Shown: positions 56,160-64,000 of the stretch, one piece after another
How the letters are laid out: the number at the start of each line of letters is the position of its first letter
How positions within the stretch are numbered: the stretch's first letter is position 1
NCBI GenBank assembly: GCA_963660435.1
Contig: CAVKYI010000009.1
Span: 371 to 64,370 of the forward strand
From: Sodaliphilus sp.
Lineage (GTDB): Bacteria; Fibrobacterota; Fibrobacteria; Fibrobacterales; Fibrobacteraceae
Length of the DNA stretch: 64,000 bases
Direction of reading: 5' to 3'
Made by a program: the position numbers and the translations under genes
The notes under the pieces: model-generated
Seen by the model: only the letters and a program-made list of their open reading frames with translations
What the model was told of the DNA's origin: nothing
The model's database searches: none

Positions 56160-56720
56160 CCTGTCTGCCGACAGGCAGGCCTACCCGGCGAAGGGCATGT
56201 CAGAACGTAGTGGATAGATCTTAGTTCTTAGAACATAGGACGTTTAAGTTTCTCTGGGAAACGGTACGAGGGATACGGAAAGCAGGAATTTGAAGCGACC
56301 AGATTTCTCTCAACTAATAACTAAGTTCTAAAATCTCAGTTCTAAGTTCTGATAATCCCCCTTCCTTGCAACCACCCCCATGGCTACATTTTTGTTATAT
56401 ATGGATTCGACAAGCTCGCAAACCTGTCATTGTCGGACGTGACCCGATAATCTCTGAAAAGAGATTCCCGTGTCTGCGTCCGCCGCGGCGGACGGGCACG
56501 AGAATGGACAGTGGAGCGAACCGGGAAATGATTGTGCACAAAAACCGTTCACTTTGAATCCCCGCATCCCATATTCCGCTTTCCAAAAATTTAAACGTCA
56601 AAAGTTCTAGCCACTAATCACTATTCACTAAACTTAAACCTCCGCAGACCACTTCCTAATTCCTCACTCCTAATTTCTCATTCTCTTAAACATCCACGCT
56701 TCTAATTTCCTAAATTTTCC
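56160..56720. repeat. mosaic of interspersed repeat modules
   Basis: ctgtctgccgacaggcaggcctacccggcgaagggc (compare 33955 and 26206). 56199-56280 is the partner of 48306-48388. CTAAGTTCTAA modules. gtcattgtcggacgtgacccgataat (56426-56451). cgtccgcc/ggcggacg palindrome. CCTAATTTC-type modules shared with 17250-17370. Confidence 0.8.
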
Positions 56721-56722
56721 CC

Positions 56723-58573
56723 GTGATTCAGGTTCAGAATATTTGCAAATCGTTTGGGACGCAGGAACTTTTCAACGACGCGAGCTTTCTCGTTGCGCCG
56801 AGGGAACGCGTGGGAATCGTCGGGCGGAACGGCTCCGGCAAATCGACGCTCTTCAAAATCATCCTGGGCGAAGAATATCTCGACGGCGGAAAAATCGACA
56901 TTCCCAAAAACTATTCTCTGGGATATTTAAAACAGCACATCGCCTTTTCACATGCGACCGTCCACGAAGAAGCCTGTTCCGTCCTCCAGAAAAACGAAGA
57001 CGGCTGGATCGACACGCATCATGTCGAAGCGATTCTTTTCGGCCTCGGATTCGACGAAAGCTCCATGCAAAAGGACCCGATGCTCCTCTCGGGCGGTTTC
57101 CAGATCCGGCTGAACCTCGCCAAGGTTCTCGCGAGCGAACCGAACATGCTCCTGCTCGACGAACCGACCAACTATCTCGACATCGTATCGATGCGCTGGC
57201 TTTCCCGCTTTCTGCGCGCCTGGAAAGGCGAAATTCTGCTCATCACGCACGACCGAAAATTCATGGACGAAGTCTGCACGCATATCGTGGGGATTCACCG
57301 GAAAAAGTTCCGAAAAATCCAGGGAACCGTGGCAAAGCTCAAGGAGACGATCCGCACCGAAGAAGAAGTCGCCCTGCGCACCCAGGAAAACGACGCGCAC
57401 AAGCGCGAACAGCTCGAACGCGTCATCGACCGTTTCCGCTTCAAGGCGAGCAAGGCCGCAATGGTCCAGTCCAAGATCAAGGCTGTCGAACGTCTCGGCG
57501 AAGCGACAAGGCTCGAACACGAGCGCAACCTGGAATTTTCGTTCAACGAAGCGCCTTTCCCCGGCAAGCGAATGCTCCAGATCAAGGATTTGAACTTTCA
57601 CTTCGACGGCGGACCGACCCTTATCCAGGACTTGACCGTCGAACTTTTCAAGGGCGACCGCGTCGCGATCATCGGACCTAACGGACGCGGAAAGACGACT
57701 CTCCTGAATCTCATCGCAAACGAACTTTCCCCAGTCTCCGGGAGCATTTCGCTCAACCCGAACATCCTCATGAATTACTTCGGGCAGACAAACATCAACC
57801 GTCTAAACCTGGAAAACACGGTTGAAGAAGAAATCCAGTCGGCGGTCCAGAGCGCGGAACGCGGCAAGGCGAGAAGTCTCGCCGGGCTGATGATGTTCAG
57901 CGGCGACGCTTCGCAAAAGAGAATCCGCATCCTTTCGGGCGGGGAACGCAGCCGGGTCCTGCTCGGGAAAATTCTCGCGACGCCGTGCAACCTGCTCCTG
58001 CTCGACGAACCGACCAACCATCTCGACATGGAAAGCATCGAAAGCCTGATCGACGCACTCGAAGATTATGGCGGAACAGCCATCGTCGTCTCGCACGACG
58101 AAGAACTCCTTCAAGTTTTTGCAAACAAGTTAATCGTCTTTGACGGGGGAAAATGCTTCGCCTTCGAAGGCACCTACCGAGAATTTCTGGAAAAAATCGG
58201 CTGGGCGGAAGAAAAGGACGGCATGACCAAATCCGTCACCGCCGAAACGAAGGTCCAAGCCTCGGCCCCGACCGTTTCCAAGAACAGGGATGACCGCCGC
58301 GCCCGCGCCGCATACATCGAGGAACGAGCGAAAATCGTCCGCCCGCTCGAAAAGGAAATCCAGCGGCTCGAAAAGGAAATTCAGAAATCCGAAGATCTCG
58401 CGAAGAAAAAGGAAGAGGAACTCCTCGCGGCATCCGAAAAATCGGACGGGGCCTTGATTGCCAAGCTCGCCACCGAACTTTCCGCCGCCAAGTCCAAAGC
58501 CGAAGAATTTTTCGTCAAATGGGAAGAGGTTTCCAACCAGCTGGAAGCGGCAAAGGAAAAATACCCGCTGTAA
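56723..58573 (+). CDS. ABC-F family ATPase (two NBDs, C-terminal coiled coil)
   Basis: Two Walker A motifs (GRNGSGKST; GPNGRGKTT). Two signatures (LSGGFQIRLNLA; LSGGERSRVLLG). Interdomain linker. K/E-rich tail. GTG start. Confidence 0.9.
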   Translation: MIQVQNICKSFGTQELFNDASFLVAPRERVGIVGRNGSGKSTLFKIILGEEYLDGGKIDIPKNYSLGYLKQHIAFSHATVHEEACSVLQKNEDGWIDTHHVEAILFGLGFDESSMQKDPMLLSGGFQIRLNLAKVLASEPNMLLLDEPTNYLDIVSMRWLSRFLRAWKGEILLITHDRKFMDEVCTHIVGIHRKKFRKIQGTVAKLKETIRTEEEVALRTQENDAHKREQLERVIDRFRFKASKAAMVQSKIKAVERLGEATRLEHERNLEFSFNEAPFPGKRMLQIKDLNFHFDGGPTLIQDLTVELFKGDRVAIIGPNGRGKTTLLNLIANELSPVSGSISLNPNILMNYFGQTNINRLNLENTVEEEIQSAVQSAERGKARSLAGLMMFSGDASQKRIRILSGGERSRVLLGKILATPCNLLLLDEPTNHLDMESIESLIDALEDYGGTAIVVSHDEELLQVFANKLIVFDGGKCFAFEGTYREFLEKIGWAEEKDGMTKSVTAETKVQASAPTVSKNRDDRRARAAYIEERAKIVRPLEKEIQRLEKEIQKSEDLAKKKEEELLAASEKSDGALIAKLATELSAAKSKAEEFFVKWEEVSNQLEAAKEKYPL

Positions 58574-58582
58574 AAAGCAACG

Positions 58583-59059
58583 CTATTTTACTTCCAACAG
58601 CAAATCATTAAAATACTGCAGAGAAGAGTATTTGATTTCGTACGCATCTAGATTTTTCCCATTGCGAATCGCATCGATATAATAATCAAGATAGGCTTCA
58701 AACGAAAGACGGATTTGTTTAAAATTCGAACTTAATTCTCGAAATTCTTTTTTGTCGATGCAAGCGGGCATTCCCAAATCTTCCATTTCGACAACAACCG
58801 CTTTTATAAAATCCAATACAGGAACTCTCCCCGTTGAACTCAAGATACTTCTTCCCGATGACGAAAAATAATAACAGGTTTTCGGCTTGCCGGGGGAATT
58901 CTTACCAAATCTTCCGTTCGTTCTAAATGGGATGGCAAATGTCCGCTTCTTCGTTTTCACGAGAAGCACGACATAAGGCCGCCCATTTTTATTTTCCAAA
59001 ATTTCGGAATGCCCAAGATGCTTGCAGTAAAAAGCCGAAGACAAAGTAACCAGTTCCAT
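58583..59059 (-). CDS. putative type III toxin-antitoxin toxin (ToxN/AbiQ-like endoribonuclease)
   Basis: 158 aa from ATG 59059, with a GGAGA RBS immediately after a terminator T-run. MELVTLSSAFYCKHLGHSEILENKNGRPYVVLLVKTKKRTFAIPFRTN...KYSSLQYF resembles the ToxN/AbiQ layout. The call rests mainly on the locus architecture (repeats, terminator, ORF). About 38% GC. Confidence 0.7.
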   Translation of the reverse strand: MELVTLSSAFYCKHLGHSEILENKNGRPYVVLLVKTKKRTFAIPFRTNGRFGKNSPGKPKTCYYFSSSGRSILSSTGRVPVLDFIKAVVVEMEDLGMPACIDKKEFRELSSNFKQIRLSFEAYLDYYIDAIRNGKNLDAYEIKYSSLQYFNDLLLEVK

Positions 59060-59070
59060 CCTGTTTCTCC

Positions 59071-59106
59071 AAAAAAAATGCCGTTTATTTATATAAAATA
59101 AACGGC
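59071..59106 (-). terminator. intrinsic terminator between the antitoxin repeats and the toxin ORF
   Basis: Minus strand GCCGTTTATTT-TATAT-AAATAAACGGC (perfect 11-bp stem) followed by A + T8. Confidence 0.8.
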
Positions 59107-59112
59107 ACCTCA

Positions 59113-59215
59113 ATTCGGTCTTTCTTTTTTTCTCAGGCGGCGACCTACCGCCCTGCTTCATCCATTCGGTCTTTCTTTTTTTTCTCAGGCGGCGACCTAC
59201 CGCCCTGTTTCTTTC
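59113..59215 (-). ncRNA. putative type III antitoxin RNA: two tandem direct repeats (52 + 51 nt)
   Basis: Plus-strand units attcggtctttcttttttt(t)ctcaggcggcgacctaccgccctg... at 59113-59163 and 59164-59215. They are identical over about 43 nt apart from a one-T length difference. Each has a GGCGG-N7-CCGCC hairpin and an A-rich tract in the RNA sense. Confidence 0.7.
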
Positions 59216-59218
59216 CTC

Positions 59219-59247
59219 AATCTATCAAAATTCATCCGAAAAGTCAA
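59219..59247 (-). promoter_or_regulatory. putative sigma70-type promoter of the type III TA locus
   Basis: Minus strand TTGACT (59247-59242), 17-nt spacer, TAGATT (59224-59219). The predicted TSS falls at the first repeat. Confidence 0.55.
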
Positions 59248-59267
59248 CCTTTCAATGAAAATTTCCC

Positions 59268-62200
59268 TTATTCCTTCACCCGGCGAACGCCCCAGCTTCG
59301 CGAGACCTCCTTCTTTTGAGATTCTCCGCCAACGACGCCAATCTTTATCTTGAGCAAGGCGACATAAGCCCCGGAACCGACCAGGCGACCGGACTTTGCG
59401 CGCATATTCCAGCCCAGGTAGATGTTTCCCGAATTTGTGGAACAGTCACCGTCAAAGATATCGTCCGAGCAACGGACCGTTCCTTTTTTCGAACTGACAA
59501 ATGTTCCCAGATTCGTAAAGAAGTTCGCTTCGTAGCTCAGGTAAACCTTTTCCTTGTCAGCTCCGCTCGAAAGTACAAGCTCGCTCAGGTCATAGCGAAT
59601 CAGGAATCCAGGAAGTCCGAGCGACTTTTCCGCCTTGTCATACGGCTGCCCCGCGGGAATCCGGTAAGGAATCAGCGTCGAGGAATCCCTGAACGCCGCC
59701 GCACGTTCCGCATCTTGGTTAAACAGCGTCGCCGACTCGATTCGAATCACCTGTTCACCGACTATACGGACCCAACGATTGTTTTCGTTTGCAAAGTTAC
59801 CCGAGAGGTCGCGCAAAAGCCCCGGAGCTATCCGTACGCTGTCTCCCACCGACGGCAAGACGCCGTTCTTGTTCGAATACAGCACTTCGTACCGAGCCGT
59901 TTCCTTCTTCGCGGACACCGGGAAGATTCCACGCGAAAATTCCGAACCGTCGCGCCATGCGCGAAATTCGAAAACGGAATCCATCGCAAAGCTGTTCGTA
60001 TCGATCGCTTCGCTGAAAACGAGTGACAGCCGGTAAATATTCTCGTTCTCGGGCTTGACGATCGCAGCGGTCAAGACCGGACCGATTCTATCGCGAATCT
60101 TCCCGGTCACATGGAAAAGAACAGTATCCGTCTCCCCGGTTAGGGAATCCGTCAAGGCCTTGTTGAACCACGACGAATAGCTGCCCACATAGACTTTCTT
60201 TTCGAGATTTCCCGTAAACAGGAACGGAACGAGCGAATCACTTTCGAGAACGATCAACGAATCGAGCGTCCTGTATCTTTCCACGTCCTTGCGACTTAAT
60301 TTATATGGAACCGTATCGCCAAAAGCCCAAGCCACCGTATCGGGAACGTTTTCATCGACAATCTTTTCCCCGTAGGCGAGCATGAGGCTGTCAGCGACTC
60401 CGTCGCCATCGCGGTCAAAAATTTCCCCGCCCGAAGGAATCGGTACGGGCGGCTTTTCCAGATTGACGAAATTCCAGTAGGCGGTATCCGCGAATGTCTT
60501 TCCAAACACGCCGAACGATCCGTCCTTGACAGTCTCTGTTCCCATCACGAAAAATTTAGCGCGTCCATTCACCGGGAAAATCGAATCGATCAAGATTCCA
60601 TTTTCGTCGGAAAAGGCTAGAGAATCCAAAGTCCAGAATTCCAGAGCACCATCGCATCCCGAATCGCATGGTGCGCCCATATAATAGGCCATCACATAGA
60701 CGGGATAGGGCACAAACGCCCAGTTGCCAAGAGTCACGGTATCCGGGTCGATTTCGTTCCACAGGGAATCCGCAAACACAAGGTTCGGCAACGGATATTC
60801 CGGAACGGTAAAGGAAACTTTCGACGATTGCGACAGGTCGGACGCCAGATGGAAATACAGCACGTAAGAGCCGGGAGCGAGCGTTCTCGAACGGACAATC
60901 GCGCTCGTGTCGATAGTGAATCCCGACATCGTTTCGTTGATGTCGATTCCGCCGTAGTTCAGGCCCGGATCGAGCGTCACGCCGTCAAGAGGCAGATTCC
61001 CGCCTTTCAGGATAAACACCGAAGCCGCCGGGACCGTGTCAATCTTTGTCACGCTCGAAATATCGCAGCTAAGCGACTTATCCGCAATCATCTGCCAGAT
61101 TTCATAGGAAATCGTCCCGTCCTTCGTCGGTATTTCAACCGGGTAATATGTCTTTTCCGTTTCGAGGTTGATGGATGTGCGCATCTTGAAGTTCGAACCC
61201 GTAGCGTTCCGCTCCGAAAAGAAAATGTGGAACGGATAGGTTTCGCCTTCGACAAGCCCGAGCGTATCCAAATCGACAGCCCCTTCCACCGGGGAATGGC
61301 AACCGCCGATATCGACGACAAGCCGATTATTGATAAACACCCAGACATCGTCATCGCCGCGGAATTCAAAATACTGTCCCTTTATATACTGGAACTGTGC
61401 CGAAATTTTCATCGAAAAGCTGTAATTGTGCTGCTTGCCATTTTCCGTTCGCAACTGTTCGCTCCAGTCAAACTTCGGATTCTTGACGGTCTTTGCCGAA
61501 TCGAGATATTCGAAATCGTCCAACGGGAAAAATCCTCCGTCGGGATGCGATTCCGAAATATCCGCTAGCCAGAAGCCTTCCGCGTCGAGCGACAGATCGA
61601 TATCGCGACATGTCGCGTTGGTATAGACATTCCCCGCCTTGTCCGTCGCCACTTCAACCGGGATAAACCATTTTTCGATTTCATGCGCGGCGGCGCACTG
61701 TCCCCACGGATAGGAAAGCGAATCGACACGAGCCGGATTCCCGTTCACGAGAGTGTCCTGGACCATCCCCATCACATGTCCCTGGCATTTCTGGTTGGTT
61801 TGAATCGTTCCCGTCGAATCGAGATAGGTCGCTTTCGTAAAATCGTTTCCGTCATAGATTCCGCCAAAATCCACATCGACAGAATCCGGATAAGCCTCGC
61901 CCGCCCAGTCAAGAAGCATCGCCGAAATTTTCAGGCTCGGACAGACGCCGAGACGCCCGGGAAATTGCGTAGAAATCCGCGGAGCGCTCACGAGAGTCGG
62001 GTAAGGCGTCACCCAGGCGGTATCGCCAATCGCAAAAACGGAATCCAGGGAAATCGGTCCGCCATCCTTCAGTCCCGCCGAAGAATACATTTCAAAACCG
62101 AAACGTTGCCGAAAGAGAACTTCGAAATTCGGAACATGACGATAATAGGCAGCCTCGTACCAGCCGCACGTATCCGCCGAAAAAGGTCCCATCCCAATCG

Positions 62201-63389
62201 TATCGTTTTCGACAAGCAGTGCCGGAGCCATGTTGTCCCACGGAGACATCAGCCGGATAATCTTCTGTTCGATTGGAGCAAAGGAAATTTCCATCTGCCC
62301 ACTATTATTGGTAAAGACCCAAGCTTCATAGACACCCTGCGGGAAAAATTTCGAAACCAGCGGACGATCGGCATCCTTGAAGAACGTGATCTGCGGCCAT
62401 TCGTTTTGCCGCCGATAGAATTGAACGGTCGCTCCGGTAGAACTCCAGGCCTGGCTGCGCGCGGTTTCCGCCGAAAAATCATAGCGAAACCAATGGCGAA
62501 ACTCTCCCGTCGAATCCATCGCCGTGGGATTGTTCAGGATATTGTTTCCCACCGAAAAATAAAGGAGACTATCCTTGTAAGTCGAATTGGTCCGCCATGG
62601 ACTGTAAACATGTAGGGTTCTCGTCGAATCGAAACACGCTCCACGAGATCCCATCTTGAGATCTACAGTTCCGGAAAAACCATCGACAAAAACCGTATCG
62701 GCTGATTTCAATGCCGCCGACAGATCCACTTCCCCGTCTTTCGGAAACGTCAGGTAGGAAGCGTGGAGTCGTTCAAAATAGGCGTTTCTCGAAGGATTCG
62801 CCTGCAATGCGCTCGGAGAAATCGCCCCGTAGAACCATCCGCACGACGCCGTATCGTCATAGGCAAAGCGCATCAAGATAGAATCCGCCCCAAAAATCAT
62901 CCGAGGAAGCGCCTTGTTTCCCCACGGACTTTTTAACCATACAATCTTGGAGCCGGGCGAGACAAAACTCTTTTGGTAAGACCCGTCCGCATTCGTGTAA
63001 ATCCAGATTTCGGTGTCCGCGCCAAACAGCTCCGTCACGCGAAACGCCAGGGAATTTTCATCGGCACCTTTCCACTCCACGCAATTATTGTTGTTGTAAT
63101 TGTTGTCCGAAGTGTTTGGACAGGCCTTGACCGTGAAGCTCATCCAATCCTGGAAATACGAAATTTCCTTGTCCCAGACAAAATAATACCAATCGTTTCC
63201 TTCTGACCGCATCATCGTTTGCGATGACTCGGAAAAGTCAGGATTGTAGTTATACGCCGCGCTACCCAAGATATGCAACGAATAGGAAGACTTTTCGGAA
63301 TCGCTCCGAAACGGATGCTGGAGATGCAAAGTCAACGCCGCATTCGCATTGATGACAAGCAAAAGCAATAGCGCTAGGCGAAAGGCCAT
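59268..63389 (-). CDS. giant secreted fibro-slime (PA14-like) domain protein
   Basis: Signal peptide MAFRLALLLLLVINANA. Fibro-slime core PDGGFFPLDDFEYLD...YSFSMKISAQFQYIKGQYFEFRGDDDVWVFINNRLVVDIGGCH...FHIFFSERNATGSNFKMRTSINL. 1373 aa. Confidence 0.85.
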   Translation of the reverse strand: MAFRLALLLLLVINANAALTLHLQHPFRSDSEKSSYSLHILGSAAYNYNPDFSESSQTMMRSEGNDWYYFVWDKEISYFQDWMSFTVKACPNTSDNNYNNNNCVEWKGADENSLAFRVTELFGADTEIWIYTNADGSYQKSFVSPGSKIVWLKSPWGNKALPRMIFGADSILMRFAYDDTASCGWFYGAISPSALQANPSRNAYFERLHASYLTFPKDGEVDLSAALKSADTVFVDGFSGTVDLKMGSRGACFDSTRTLHVYSPWRTNSTYKDSLLYFSVGNNILNNPTAMDSTGEFRHWFRYDFSAETARSQAWSSTGATVQFYRRQNEWPQITFFKDADRPLVSKFFPQGVYEAWVFTNNSGQMEISFAPIEQKIIRLMSPWDNMAPALLVENDTIGMGPFSADTCGWYEAAYYRHVPNFEVLFRQRFGFEMYSSAGLKDGGPISLDSVFAIGDTAWVTPYPTLVSAPRISTQFPGRLGVCPSLKISAMLLDWAGEAYPDSVDVDFGGIYDGNDFTKATYLDSTGTIQTNQKCQGHVMGMVQDTLVNGNPARVDSLSYPWGQCAAAHEIEKWFIPVEVATDKAGNVYTNATCRDIDLSLDAEGFWLADISESHPDGGFFPLDDFEYLDSAKTVKNPKFDWSEQLRTENGKQHNYSFSMKISAQFQYIKGQYFEFRGDDDVWVFINNRLVVDIGGCHSPVEGAVDLDTLGLVEGETYPFHIFFSERNATGSNFKMRTSINLETEKTYYPVEIPTKDGTISYEIWQMIADKSLSCDISSVTKIDTVPAASVFILKGGNLPLDGVTLDPGLNYGGIDINETMSGFTIDTSAIVRSRTLAPGSYVLYFHLASDLSQSSKVSFTVPEYPLPNLVFADSLWNEIDPDTVTLGNWAFVPYPVYVMAYYMGAPCDSGCDGALEFWTLDSLAFSDENGILIDSIFPVNGRAKFFVMGTETVKDGSFGVFGKTFADTAYWNFVNLEKPPVPIPSGGEIFDRDGDGVADSLMLAYGEKIVDENVPDTVAWAFGDTVPYKLSRKDVERYRTLDSLIVLESDSLVPFLFTGNLEKKVYVGSYSSWFNKALTDSLTGETDTVLFHVTGKIRDRIGPVLTAAIVKPENENIYRLSLVFSEAIDTNSFAMDSVFEFRAWRDGSEFSRGIFPVSAKKETARYEVLYSNKNGVLPSVGDSVRIAPGLLRDLSGNFANENNRWVRIVGEQVIRIESATLFNQDAERAAAFRDSSTLIPYRIPAGQPYDKAEKSLGLPGFLIRYDLSELVLSSGADKEKVYLSYEANFFTNLGTFVSSKKGTVRCSDDIFDGDCSTNSGNIYLGWNMRAKSGRLVGSGAYVALLKIKIGVVGGESQKKEVSRSWGVRRVKE

Positions 63390-63426
63390 GGACGCTCCTT
63401 TATTGGTTCAAACACTCAAATCTTAA

Positions 63427-63454
63427 AATAATAAAAGTCTATCGTTTTCAAGCA
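63427..63454 (-). promoter_or_regulatory. putative promoter of the fibro-slime gene
   Basis: Minus strand TTGCTT (63454-63449), 16-nt spacer, TATTAT (63432-63427). AAGGAG RBS before ATG 63389. Confidence 0.4.
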
Positions 63455-63473
63455 AAATTTTTCTTGACCGCAT

Positions 63474-64000
63474 TTAAAATCCACCGTTTTTCCGTGCTTC
63501 CCAGGCAGCAAGCTCTTTGGCAACAGTCGTATCGGGTCCATGTCCACAAAAAATTCGGGTATCTTTCGGCAGTTGGAAGAGTTTCCGATGAATGGAATCC
63601 ATCAATATCTTTTCGCTTCCGCCCGGCAAGTCGGTACGCCCATAGTCTCCACCCGCAAAAACGACATCGCCCGAAAATACAAAACCTTCGTCAGAATAAA
63701 AGGCGAGACTTCCCGGAGAATGTCCCGGCACTTCCAGGACTTTCAAGTGAATATTTCCGACTTCGATTTCGTCGTTTTCCTTCAAAAAATTTCGTGAAAC
63801 AGGAATTGGACAGGGAATTTCGAGTCCGAACATTCGAGCCTGATCTTCCGCATGTTCGAGAAACGGCAGATCCTTTTCGCCAAATTCAGCCTCGATTTTA
63901 AAAGCGTTCTGGACAAAACCGTTTCCAATGCAATGATCCAAATGCAGATGGGTATTCAGGACACGAGCAATTGAATAGTCGTTGTCTTGGACAAAGGCAA
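63474..64000 (-). CDS. MBL-fold metallo-hydrolase (glyoxalase II-like); 5' end runs off the window
   Basis: The track ORF starts at TTG 63941, but the frame stays open to the window edge. Upstream codons read ...AFVQDNDYSIARVLNTHLHLDHCIGN, giving the HxHxDH motif. Downstream motifs: VPGHSPGS, GDVVFAGGDYGRTDLPGG, CGHG. Confidence 0.85.
   Translation of the reverse strand, partial: AFVQDNDYSIARVLNTHLHLDHCIGNGFVQNAFKIEAEFGEKDLPFLEHAEDQARMFGLEIPCPIPVSRNFLKENDEIEVGNIHLKVLEVPGHSPGSLAFYSDEGFVFSGDVVFAGGDYGRTDLPGGSEKILMDSIHRKLFQLPKDTRIFCGHGPDTTVAKELAAWEARKNGGF

Noticed and set aside
59060-59161. N-terminal 34 codons of track ORF 58583..59161 (MKQGGRSPPEKKRKTELRCRLFYINKRHFFWRNR)
   Set aside because: This stretch is the translation of a tandem repeat unit plus a perfect terminator hairpin and T-run. 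A GGAGA RBS and ATG at 59059 follow directly, so the real CDS is 158 aa.
1-64000. Looked for transposases, integrases, a prophage, CRISPR-cas, rRNA, reverse transcriptase/retron/DGR, and restriction-modification genes
   Set aside because: No ORF in the track or in my reading shows the corresponding motifs (DDE, tyrosine recombinase RHRY, RT YxDD, methyltransferase DPPY/FxGxG). The AT-rich patches therefore lack an identifiable mobility gene within this window.

Overview
This 64 kb window looks like a Fibrobacter-type chromosome. The inference rests on four ORFs with the 'Fibrobacter succinogenes major paralogous domain' (WMAxNLN...YGRLY(T/S)W...CPxGW(R/H)(L/V)P) and one giant fibro-slime-domain protein. 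Most genes lie on the minus strand in tightly packed, often start/stop-overlapping operons of about 55-65% GC.

Core content:
- Cofactor and redox: nadA, a reverse rubrerythrin with a Fur/PerR-like regulator, trmO.
- Envelope: a Bat/MoxR aerotolerance-like operon (moxR, DUF58, batA, batB, TPR) and a lipid A/Kdo cluster (msbA-like ABC, ICMT-family methyltransferase, waaA, ispH).
- Translation and central metabolism: cysS, a GH57 enzyme, queA, gltX, rpmB, PPi/ATP-phosphofructokinase, an ABC-F ATPase.
- Other: a K+/H+ antiporter, a two-component pair, tRNA-Cys(GCA), tRNA-Glu(UUC).

Accessory, AT-rich (about 40-45% GC) patches:
- 1-1.9 kb: a partial AAA ATPase and a lipoprotein.
- 11.5-17 kb: a six-gene lipoprotein/LPP20-like operon.
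- 53.7-56.1 kb: the 5' third of a GLUG adhesin plus a two-gene membrane cassette.
- 58.6-59.25 kb: the strongest finding. This is a compact locus with the full architecture of a type III toxin-antitoxin system: promoter, two tandem 51/52-nt repeats, an intrinsic terminator, and a 158-aa ToxN/AbiQ-like ORF. The six-frame track hides it by reading an ORF through the repeats.

Almost every long intergenic region carries a mosaic of interspersed hairpin repeat modules (BIME/REP-like). These include a colinear composite element of about 330-400 nt present twice. No transposase, integrase, CRISPR array or rRNA was seen. All family assignments come from motif recognition by eye, and no searches were run.
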